Below, one piece after another: positions 1 to 10,740 of a DNA stretch of 64,000 bases. Where the stretch lies: contig CATNEN010000038.1 in NCBI GenBank assembly GCA_950097015.1, forward strand, positions 11,532,001 through 11,596,000. Reading direction: 5' to 3'. The translations under genes and the position numbers were made by a program. The notes under the pieces are model-generated. The model searched no databases. It saw only the letters and a list, made by a program, of their open reading frames with translations, and was not told where the DNA came from. Origin of the DNA: Macrostomum hystrix (lineage: Eukaryota > Animalia > Platyhelminthes). The stretch's first letter is position 1, and every line of letters starts with the position of its first letter.

Positions 1-1050
1 GTGATTGGATTTAGAATCTGGTTTGATTGAATTTAGGATCTGGTGTGATTGGATTTAGGATCTGGTGTGATTGGATTTGGGATCTGGTTTGATTGGATTT
101 AGAACCTGGTGTGATTGGATTTGGGATCTGGTTTGATTGGATTTAGAATCTGGTGTGATTGGATTTGGATCGGTGTGATTGGATTTGGGATCTGGTTTGA
201 TTGGATTTAGGATCTGGTGTGGTTGGATTTAGGATCTGGTGTGATTGGATTTAGGATCTGGTGTGGTTGGATTTAGGATCTGGTGTGATTGGATTTAGAA
301 TCTGGTGTGATTGGATTTAGAATCAGGTGTGATTGGATTTAGGCTCTGGTGTGATTGGATTTAGGATCTGGTGTGATTGGATTTAGAATCTGGTGTGATT
401 GGATTTGGGATCTGGTGTGATTGGATTTAGGATCTGGTGTGATTGGATTTAGGATCTGGTTTGATTGGATTTAGAATCTGGTGTGATTGGATTTAGAATC
501 TGGTGTGATTGGATTTAGGATCTGGTGTGATTGGATTTAGGATCTGGTGTGATTGGATTTAGAATCTGGTGTGATTGGATTTGGGATCTGGTGTGATTGG
601 ATTTGGGATCTGGTGTGATTGGATTTAGGATCTGGTGTGATTGGATTTAGGATCTGGTTTGATTGGACTTAGAATCTGGTGTGATTGGATTTACAATCTG
701 GTGTGATTGGATTTGGGATCTGGTTTGATTGGATTTAGAATCTGGTGTGATTGGATTTGGGATCTGGTTTGATTGGATTTAGGATCTGGTGTGATTGGAT
801 TTAGGATCTGGTGTGATTGGATTTGGGATCTGGTGTGATTGGATTTAGGATCTGGTTTGATTGGATTTAGAATCTGGTGTGATTGGATTTAGAATCTGGT
901 GTGATTGGATTTGGGATCTGGTTTGATTGGATTTAGAATCTGGTGTGATTGGATTTGGGATCTGGTTTGATTGGATTTAGAATCTGGTGTGATTGAATTC
1001 GGGATCTGGTTTGATTGAATTTAGGATCTAGTGTGATTGGATTTAGGATC
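1..1050. repeat. 22-bp minisatellite (GTGATTGGATTTAGGATCTGGT), runs off the left edge of the window
   Basis: Tandem units visible directly; they degenerate near 1000-1150. Confidence 0.95.
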
Positions 1051-2413
1051 TTGTGGGATTTTTACTTCGGAGGGATTTAGGATCTGGAGGGGATTCGGGA
1101 TCTGGGGAGATTTGTGATCTGACGGGGATTAAGGAGGATCTTGTGGGATGCGGGATATTTTTTATGTGGCGTCTGTGGTTCGTTGGTGTAGTGACTGCAT
1201 GATTTAGCCAAAAAAGAGAACTAATTATGGTTATAAACTCGCAGCAGATTATAATTGAAACAGCACACACAGATTGGTTTGAGTTTCCAGTGTCCAAGGC
1301 GACGACTGGACTGTGCCTATCAGTTAAGCAAACTTCACAGCGCGGAGTCGCGCGCGGACTGCCCGCAATGTTTGGGCAGTGCAAGCATGCGCAATATCGA
1401 TTTTTTAGCTTAAATTTTAAGTTAGTTCGTTTAATATTGCCAGTTCATTTTCTCTATTTAGTTAAGTACGACCTGCATTTGAGTTGGCAAGTAAGTAATA
1501 CTGTAATACTGTAATACTGTATTTCATTTCTTAGCTAATTCAAATTAGATTTTTTCCGATTTTCAGTAATGTTAAATCGTTCGGAAGTTGACTGAAATTC
1601 ACAGAATCGTTTGGAAAATCATTTACGACACCCTGTTGACAAGGACATTGCTGTGTATAAGCCTCTATAAATCTGTTCTATTGAATCTGTCGTCTGAATT
1701 GCTTAAACAAAAAGTTATTTCCCTGGCAATTCACAAACAGTGTCGTCAACTGCTCGGGCAGCGTGTGACAGAATTTTTTGTTTTTGTCTGGCTAGTTTAT
1801 TTCGTCCTCTAGGTCCTCGATACAATGGCCCTCTGCTCCTGACAATCAAATTGCGCAAAATTTCCCTTAAGACCATAATCTCCCTCGTTTGGGAAAATTA
1901 TGTGCTATATGCGATTATGAGGCGATTATGAAAACTGAGTTTAAGAAATGAAGATCGAATGTACCAGACGACAGCGCTGAGGCTTGGCAAGGCATTAAAA
2001 AAATTCTGGCAGATTTCTGTGAAAGATTAGTACCCCAGGCCATCGTGTTTCTTGGTTCGCGCTCTGGAGAGGAAATCTTAGATTAGAAAATCATCTTCAC
2101 TAATCAGAGTCTTAGCAACTGGCTCTTCAAGTCTAGAAGAGCTCAGAAGAAAAAAGCCGTTAGCTTTAAGATTAGAAAAACATATTTTATGAATAAGTAT
2201 GCCCATACTTTCGCATTTGAAATGTTCATGTTTATAACAACATTAAAGTTAAAATCTAATTTATTATACACAATTGAATGAACAAGCATTTCCGATAAAG
2301 AATATCTTTGATGAATTACAACGAGAATTGAAATAGAAGTTACTGCGAAACCAGTTGGGCCAGATGTCACCGATTTGTCACTGAAGTCATTTGAAATCCA
2401 GCGTCTGGCCTGC

Positions 2414-3715
2414 TCAGAGCTCAGCTTCATCTTCGACGTCGGTTTGACATCGGTGCGACATCGCCGCCTGCACCTGGAGTCGATTCCGCCCAGCTCCGGG
2501 CAGCATAGGCGAGGCGGCAGTCGGACTGTCAGTGGCGAGCTCCGAGCTGGCGACGGTGTTCGCCTGACGTGCCTTCTGGAAGGAGACAGGCGTGGCTCCG
2601 GTTGATCGCAGGCCGAGCTGGTGCGCCGGCTGGGAGTTGTTGGCGGTGAATCGGCCGCCTCTGAAACGGTTCTTCTGCCGGCAGAACAGGCGGTAGAGAA
2701 TCTGCATGGCCTTCTGGCGAAAGATCTTCCCGGCGGCGCAGTAGAACACCCAGTTGAGCGAGGCGTTCATGAAGGCGACGGAGCGGAACAGGTAATAATA
2801 GAACTTGTGCAAACTCTGCGCTATCGTGGTGCCGACTTTGTTCTCCTTCTCAAAGTTCAGGTACATCATGTAGATGAGCAGCGGAAAGGTGGTGAACAGG
2901 TAAAACAGGTTCATGGACACCAGCAGGCGGGTCACGTGAGCGCCCTGGTCGGAGCCGTGGCGTCGTCCGCCGATGACAGCTGGTTGCGGCACGCCGCCTC
3001 CGCCGCCGCCACCCTTTGCGGCCTTCTTATCCTTAAAGTTGCCCTGCCGATATCTGATCAACCTGTAGGAGATGCAGCCGGTTGACACAACCATCGACAT
3101 CAGCGGGATGATGCCCCAGGCGATGAGGTGCACCAGGGTGGTGACGTAATAAAACCACTTGTCAACTGGTTCGCAGTCGGACTTCTTGCCGATGTGCCAG
3201 AAGAGCAGGTAGGTGATGTTGGGGAATACCAGCAAGATGCTCATGGACACCCACAGGGCGAACACCCGCCTGGTGTTCAAGAGGGTCCTCGAGCGCAACG
3301 GCGAGGCGATGAAGACCAGCCTCTGGATGGACATTGCCGCCTGATTGTAGGCGCTCCAGTGGAAGAAGAAGCTGCTGAAGTAGGACTGCAGCTTGCAGAT
3401 GACAATGCCCTGGTCTATGTAGTCGTAGTCAAAGGCGAGCTTCAGGAACAGCCGCAGCACATCCCAAACGAGGATCATGAAGTCGCCGAAACAGATGCTC
3501 ACCAGCCAGACTTGGATGATCTTCGGGAACATCCGGGACATGAAGATGAACAGCATGCAGAACACCGCTCCGAATGTTCCAATGACCAGAATCAACGGCA
3601 AATACCAGATCAGGAAGTACTTGACTAAACCGCTCAGCAGCTGACGTCCGAACTCCTCTTCGAGCTGGATGGCGGTCTTGTTGGCCGCCGGTAGAGAGTC
3701 GTTTGTGGACAGCAT
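2414..3715 (-). CDS. Intronless rhodopsin-class (class A) GPCR, peptide-receptor-like/orphan, about 433 aa
   Basis: The first ATG (MLSTNDS) is at 3715, inside the GTG-started track ORF. Seven hydrophobic segments. TM2 SICFGD, TM3 CKLQ...SIQRL (DRY position), ECL2 Cys, TM7 NASLNWVFYC (NPxxY position), helix 8 KIFRQK. Confidence 0.9.
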   Translation of the reverse strand: MLSTNDSLPAANKTAIQLEEEFGRQLLSGLVKYFLIWYLPLILVIGTFGAVFCMLFIFMSRMFPKIIQVWLVSICFGDFMILVWDVLRLFLKLAFDYDYIDQGIVICKLQSYFSSFFFHWSAYNQAAMSIQRLVFIASPLRSRTLLNTRRVFALWVSMSILLVFPNITYLLFWHIGKKSDCEPVDKWFYYVTTLVHLIAWGIIPLMSMVVSTGCISYRLIRYRQGNFKDKKAAKGGGGGGGVPQPAVIGGRRHGSDQGAHVTRLLVSMNLFYLFTTFPLLIYMMYLNFEKENKVGTTIAQSLHKFYYYLFRSVAFMNASLNWVFYCAAGKIFRQKAMQILYRLFCRQKNRFRGGRFTANNSQPAHQLGLRSTGATPVSFQKARQANTVASSELATDSPTAASPMLPGAGRNRLQVQAAMSHRCQTDVEDEAEL

Positions 3716-4576
3716 GACGGCTCGCTTCTCCTCTCTGTTAGTCACTCTGTGTGTGGCCTGCAGTGCAGGTCGACAAGGTTTGGGATAACAGTTGCATTGC
3801 CACACCCGGAGCCTATATTCACAGACCAGTCCACCCCAATCTCCTGTCTCTCCCAAAACTGATTGGATGTCAGCCTCTACCACACACTCACAGCAGTGTC
3901 TCAGTGGTAAAAGCCATTAGCTTGGCTATTTCTTCTAGGGAGTTAATCAACTGATGAAAGAAATCGCTGACGGTCGAAATTTTGGCGAGGAATAATTACT
4001 CAACCGCGCGTCACGGGTCCTGGGAGTTAATTTTCTCCCATTTTTTATTCAGTTGCCCCCTGCAGTGTCTTCGGCTAAATAGTTTTTTTTCTCCGTCTAA
4101 ACTTTGAGCAGGATTTGAGTTCGAATGCCGTGGATAAAAAGACTTGAGACAAATACTCAGCAGTAGAAAGACCACTGCCTACTTCTCGGTAGCTCCCAAA
4201 CCGAATGACCGATTTTCATGATATTCCACCACATAAATAAAAATTTTCCGCCCTTTACAAATCCATCCGACGTCAGCATCGTCGAGATATTCAGCAATTC
4301 TTGCCGATAACCATGGCGACAAGGACAAGTAACATTGCTCTGTGTAAACCTGTATAGCGAATCCATATTGGTTCAATAATATAATAATAACAATATATAT
4401 ATATATAGTGTAGGTGGTGTTTCTACTGTTAAAGTACTGAAAAAAAGCGATGAAAATTATCCTAGTGCTAGATCGAGCCTCCAAATAAAAATGAACAAAC
4501 AAATCATAACAACTGATGGCACCAGTCTCAATCGGGCAAGGCGTGCAGCTGAGCAGCGCAGTCACAGTTATTTCTC

Positions 4577-4682
4577 GGCGCATCTGAAGGCTGCGTACGG
4601 CTGTCCAGTCCATGGACTGGGGCGATGAGTCGAACCCCTGACAGTCAATTCGTTGAATCTGACGCTCTAACCACTAGGCTAC
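4577..4682 (-). mobile_element. tRNA-derived SINE family C, internally deleted copy
   Basis: The minus strand begins GTAGCCTAGTGGTTAGAGCGTCAGA...GGGGTTCGACTC (A/B boxes). It shares GCGCATCTGAAGGCTGCGTACGGCTG and CAGTCCATGGACTG with 62385-62563. Confidence 0.65.
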
Positions 4683-5725
4683 AACCTAATAAAACGCAAG
4701 GAAACAAGGTCACCTACCGGAAGTTCCTTAATAATTGAAGTGATATGCAGAAATTATCAGCGACTGAAATTCTGCTACTGGGCGCTCATTTCAAGTGTGT
4801 TCCGTGCCAGCTGTCACAAACCAGCCTTTTGTTTCTACTGAGCCTCTATGGCCGCCAGACCGTCTATTGTTAAGCCTTATCTGTGAGTTCTCTCACTCGA
4901 TACAGCCCCCCCAGTCCGTTGTGAGTCACTCAGCCGACTAGTCTAGAGCTGCTCATGCCAAATGTCAATCCATTCCTAAATTACTCTATAAGACCATCTC
5001 AGCCCCACCCACCCCAAGCCGTCCATTGTTCCATAACTCCTGGACTGATGGCACACACTTCACAGGAGAAGAGTAGCAGTATAGCTTGTTTTTGCTGAAT
5101 TAACTTTACTATAAATGCCATGATCAATATAATCACACATGTTTAAAAAGTCAATCATAAAATTCAGAGATATTCGTTTTTTAACCGATGTCAATCTAAC
5201 ACATTTTGCTGATACGATTGGAGCATAATCTTGCCTAGGCCATTAGTGATAAAATTTGTGTTATGGACCAGTTATAAAAAGCGGACCCATTTAATAAAAA
5301 ATGTGCCCTTTTAACAGGCCTATGGCCTAAAATCGAACGGTTAAAGCTCTCTCTTGGTAGGAAATTTTTTATGTATTTTTAAATTGGTGCAAGAATCAGT
5401 AGCTCCTGTAACGATTTCTTATGCAATAAATTGAGTCTTCGCAGTAAGTGCCCGTCTATACGACAGAGAGCCCTTTCAGGCTGAGTCAAATATATTTAAC
5501 TTTAACCGAGCGATAAGGAAGGGGGTTGGTCAGAAGGATAACATGTGCGAGGATGGGCCAGAGGGTAAGAGATGAAACGCAGGGGAAGGAAAGAGAGACG
5601 ATGTGAGAGCCAATCAGAGCCGAGAGAGAAATAAAGTTAATAAATAAATTGAACAGGCTGGGGTAGAGAGTAGAGAGTACATTAAGAGAGCGCGCGAAAT
5701 AACAAACCAAGGAGAAGCAAAGGTA

Positions 5726-6000
5726 CAGCTCCGTTCCGCGGTGAGAAAAGATTAATTTGGGGCGCAGCCACGGAGAGAAGGCTTGTCGTGCAACTCACGT
5801 CTTTATGGTTTGGGGGCCAACCTCGAGGGCACTGTGAGAGTGTACACTGTCTGACGATGAGAAAGTCAGGGCAGATGTACACACCTGTGTGTACGTCTTA
5901 CGGTATCTGTGAGTGTGTGCTCAAGAGTCAGCGAAATGGGCAGAAAAGCCTCCCCGCTAGCTGTGGGTCTAGTGTCGCTGTCACCAAATGATGTGCCGTT
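5726..6000 (+). mobile_element. SINE family A, decayed copy
   Basis: Aligns by eye to 43290-43605 (ATTTGGGGCGCAGCC, CTGACGATGAGAAAGTCA, GGGTCTAGTGTC...CACCAAATGATGTGCC). Confidence 0.75.
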
Positions 6001-6616
6001 GTTCAAGCCACCTGAAAATAGGAATTATTAATTGCGTCCCACTTGACGATATTAAAAAATTTACATTCCAAAGCACTAGAATTTTTATTTTTGTCTATGG
6101 TGAAAACTACAAAAATATTTAATAAGCAGCCGCATGGTTTTCCAATGCATACATCAACCAAAATCTTCGCGAATAGAGTTTAGGCCATAGACGACACATT
6201 TTTGATATTCCGTGTTACAAGAGCCTCTTTGCCATATCGTGTTAGAGGGATCAAAATGAAGCATGACAGGTTGGCCAGTTTCCTGTGAAGTTTTCCCAGA
6301 TAATCCACACAGTCTTGAGACCATTGGTTGATTAAACAAACTCTACTCAAACCAGGATGGGAGCACAATGACTGCACTTATTTTGCACCAATACTGCCGC
6401 AGAGGAAGTGACAATAATGTAATTAATTATGCGCTAGTCTCGGACTGTGTGTGCCAAAGTGTCTAGTTGCGGTTGTGAGTGCAGCTGACAGGCTTCATGA
6501 GATTCACCCAGTTTGATGTGCGATGAGAAAAACTGCTTTCTGATAGTTCATTTCGGATAAGGTCACTGATCTTTGTCTGAAATTTATAGAAAATAGGTCT
6601 GGAATGTTATAATAAA

Positions 6617-7995
6617 TCTGGTCAGGGATCTGGTCATGGATCTGGTCAGGGATCTGGTCAGGGATCTGGTCAGGGATCTGGTCAGGGATCTGGTCATAAT
6701 AATAATAATAATAATTGACACTAGACCCAAGGGCCAGTGCAGGTGTTGTGTGTCAGGCACACTAGCAGGTGGGGACTGCACACCTATTGTACTCTCGGCT
6801 CTCTCGGACACCGGTTGACAGCCGCGTGTCAGCAATGGAATTTATTTTTTCCAAACATATCGGCAGTATCCAAACCCCACAGATTTGCCGCACAGAACTG
6901 CTTTATTCCACGCCAGCCGGATCTGGTCATGGATCTGGTCAGGGATCTGGTCATGGATCTGGTCATGGATCTAGTCTGGGATCTGGTCAGGGATCTGGTC
7001 AGGGATCTGGTCAGGGATCTGGTCAGGGATCTGGTCAGGGATCTGGTCAGGGATCTGGTCAGGGATCTGGTCAGGGATCTGGTCAGGGATCTGGTCAGGG
7101 ATCTGGTCATGGATCTGGTCACGGATCTGGTCAGGGATCTGGTCAGGGATCTGGTCATGGATCTGCTCATGGATCTGGTCAGGGATCTGGTCAGGGATCT
7201 GGTCAGGGATCTGGTCAGGGATCTGGTCAGGGATCTGGTCATGGATCTGGTCATGGATCTGGTCATGGATCTGCTCATGGATCTGGTCATGGATCTGGTC
7301 AGGGATCTGGTCAGGGATCTGGTCAGGGATCTGGTCATGGATCTGGTCAGGGATCTGGTCAGGGATCTGATCATGGATCTGGTCACGGATCTGGTCAGTG
7401 ATCTGGTCACGGATCTGGTCATGGATCTGGTCAGGGATCTGGTCAGGGATCTGGTCATGGATCTGGTCAGGGATCTGGTCATGGATCTGGTCATGGATCT
7501 GGTCATGGATCTGGTCATGGATCTGGTCAGGGATCTGGTCAGGGATCTGGTCAGGGATCTGGTCAGGGATCTGGTCAGGGATCTGGTCAGGGATCTGGTC
7601 AGGGATCTGGTCAGGGATCTGGTCAGGGATCTGGTCAGGGATCTGGTCATGGATCTGGTCAGGGATCTGGTCAGGGATCTGGTCAGGGATCTGGTCAGGG
7701 ATCTGGTCAGGGATCTGGTCATGGATCTGCTCATGGATCTGGTCATGGATCTGGTCATGGATCTGCTCATGGATCTGGTCATGGATCTGGTCATGGATCT
7801 GGTCAGGGATCTGGTCATGGATCTGGTCAGGGATCTGGTCAGGGATCTGGTCAGGGATCTGGTCATGGATCTGGTCAGGGATCTGGTCAGGGATCTGGTC
7901 AGGGATCTGGTCAGGGATCTGGTCATGGATCTGGTCAGGGATCTGGTCAGGGATCCAGTCAGGGATCTGGTCAGGGATCTGGTCAGGGATCTGAT
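6617..7995. repeat. 12-bp minisatellite (GGATCTGGTCAG/T) interrupted by a SINE fragment
   Basis: Tandem units visible directly; source of the DLVR/GSGQ/IPDQ ORFs. Confidence 0.95.
6697..6920 (-). mobile_element. SINE family B, 5'-truncated copy with (TTA)n tail
   Basis: Near-identical to the tail-side ~220 bp of the full copy at 60760-61156. Confidence 0.85.
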
Positions 7996-8479
7996 CAACA
8001 TCCGGTATGAGCAAAAGTCTTTTTTGCTGAGTAGGCCAGAATGAATGCGCATTTTGAACATCAGGATACCGATTTCCAAATTAGGGCATTGTATGAGGAT
8101 CTTGATGTGCTCTGTTGGGGGGTGGGCTGGTTTGAGGTCAGACAGGCGTTGTCTTTCAATTTATTTCCCAAGCGGAATCGGCTGCGATCCCTAAGGAAAA
8201 AGGCGGACAACTCGGCTTCATTTTCGGGTAGATCAACTGCCGCCGACTTGGGACCCCCATAAATTATGCATGAGCTGCCACCGAGCTCGTGGGTCTGGCC
8301 CTAATCATTTCCTCGATCTCCCATCGACTAGCCTTTTCAACTCCAGCACTCAGTCGGTATTAAGCTAACAGTCTGTGTAACTGGTGGTTGCATGCAATCA
8401 TCTAGGCGCCTGACTACTGCCTACCTGACCAATCAATCATCAACCATACTTTTGGTATGGTTTGGATATATTTTGGTAC

Positions 8480-8670
8480 CTACCTTCCTAGGTACCTTTC
8501 TATCTACATTGCTTTCTTCTCTCCCGTCTACCTTCCTATCTACTTTCTCATCTACCCTCTTATCTACCTTCCTGTCTACCTTCCTATCTTCCTATCTACC
8601 TTCCTATCTACCTTCCTGTCTACCTTCCTATCTTCCTATCTACCCTCCTATCTAACCTCGTATCTACCCT
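8480..8670. repeat. Degenerate pyrimidine-rich ~12-bp repeat (TCTACCTTCCTA)
   Basis: Visible tandem units. Confidence 0.8.
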
Positions 8671-9221
8671 CCTCTCGGTCATCCAACCATCTATGCATCC
8701 ATGAATGTACTTTAGTCTAGTATTTTACAGTTATTGCGCCTCCAATTTCCTGGAACATTTTCGCACTCTATCCACTCCAATAATTATTCAACCATGACCG
8801 CAGCGAAGCCATGCTTACAGTTCCGCTTCTGCCACTTCCGGCTCTGCCGATTTATACTAGAAGCTAAAAACTAGTTTTGCTTTGGAAAAAGATTATTTTC
8901 CAGCTCGTAGTTTGTTATTAGTTGGAAAATTGAGTATTTCAATGTTTAGTAACCATGGAGGAAACAATAGAATTATAAACTGTCGAGATTGAGATTTGAG
9001 ATTGTGCCGCAGCTTAGCAACTGACAGCCTGGATGTCTGGCCCGATCTGGCAACCATTAAATATCATTAATTTGTTATTTCTGCAAATAATAATGTTCCA
9101 TTGATTTGCTTCTTTTCAGAAATTTTTTCTGACAAATTTTTTTTTCGCATTTTTGGAGTGAAATCTTTCTACTTGAGTTTTTAGTTTGTGATGTGGACTT
9201 TTTAAAAACAATTTTGTCAGC

Positions 9222-10030
9222 TCAGGAGTTTGAATCTCGGGTCGGGAGTTCGAAGCTCAGGTCGGGAGTTCGAATCTCAAGTCGGGAGTTCGAATCTCAA
9301 GTCGGGAGTTCGAGACTGAGGTCGGGAGTTCGAATCACAGGTCGTGAGTTCCAATCTCAGGTCGGGAGTTCGAAGCTCAGATCGGGAGTTCCAATCTCAG
9401 GTCGGGAGTTCGAATCTCGGGTCGGGAGTTCGAGTCTCAAGTCGGGAGTTCGAATCTCGGGTCGGGAGTTCGAGTCTCAAGTCGGGAGTTCGAATCTCGG
9501 GTCGGGAGTTCGAGTCTCAAGTCGTGAGTTCCAATCTCAGATTGGGAGTTCGAATCACAGGTCGTGAGTTCCAATCTCAGGTCGTGAGTTCCAATCTCAG
9601 GTCGTGAGTTCCAATCTCAGGTTGGGAGTTCGAATCACAGGTCGTGAGTTCCAATCTCAGGTCGTGAGTTCCAATCTCAGATCGTGAGTTCCAATCTCAG
9701 GTCGTGAGTTCCAATCTCAGGTCGTGAGTTCCAATCTCATCTATTGCATGAGATTGGAGGTCGTGAGTTCCAATCTCAATTCCAATCTCAGGTCTCAAGT
9801 TCCAATCTCAGGTCGTGAGTTCCAATCTCAGGTCGTGAGTTCCAATCTCAGGTCGGGAGTTCGAAGCTCAGATCGGGAGGTGGAGTCTCAGGTCGGGAGT
9901 TCGAATCTCGGGTCGGCAGTTCGAATCTCGGGTCGGGAGTTAGAATCTGAGGTCGGGAGTTCCAATCTCTCAGGTCGGGAGTTCCAGGCTCAGGTCAGGA
10001 GTTTGAGTCTCAGGTCGGGAGTTCGAATCT
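9222..10030. repeat. 20-bp minisatellite (GTCGGGAGTTCGAATCTCAG)
   Basis: Visible tandem units with 20-bp period. Confidence 0.95.
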
Positions 10031-10740
10031 TACATAGTGGTGGTCGAGGGATGTATTACAAACGTGAAACCGTAGTAATTATTTTCTAGCATCGTCTGCT
10101 AATACTCTTAGTTTTATTACTAAGTTTTATTACTACCAAGAATGCTAAATGGAATTATAACAAACTTCCTGTATGAGTTTCCGTGAATTAAATGTGACCA
10201 TTTTATTGCCCAAAATCGCTTATCTTTCGCCAAATTGTAAATCTAAAAATTATGACTGATGTTTACTGAACGACTAAAAGTAGAAATAATTATCGGACCT
10301 CGTTTTTATGGGATTCCATAAATATTTCTAGTCTGTACTCGTACAATGATCACGACTAATAAATATGAAGTATTGATTGACAATTTCATTTGAAAATCTG
10401 TGGCAATTCTACTACTCGTATTTATATCAGTGTTCAGTGTCCTTGAGAAAAACACGTCACTAATGAAATTAAAAATCGAAGCAACCAAAGGCATTGTAAT
10501 TTCAATTGGCCTCACACTATTAAAACTCTAACAGTTTCATATATTTGATAACCGTAATCTGCATATTTAGATCTAATCAGTCATTGGTTCAGCAGTTCAG
10601 CATTCATGAAGTAATATACTCTAGCTAATGATGCAGTACTGTCACCTGTCTGACACTACAACTGTTAATCACTCACAGCTCAGCGAAATTACCTCAGCCA
10701 GTTATATATGGGGGCGGACTTTAGATACCCAAGTCTACAC

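Noticed and set aside
2621-3628. Plus-strand ORFs over the GPCR
   Set aside because: Antisense shadows of GC-rich coding sequence.
3716-3883. 56-aa N-terminal extension of the GPCR ORF
   Set aside because: It depends on a GTG start; the first ATG is at 3715.
6737-8079. GSGQ/DLVR/IPDQ repeat proteins
   Set aside because: A 12-bp satellite open in several frames, with N-termini derived from a SINE.
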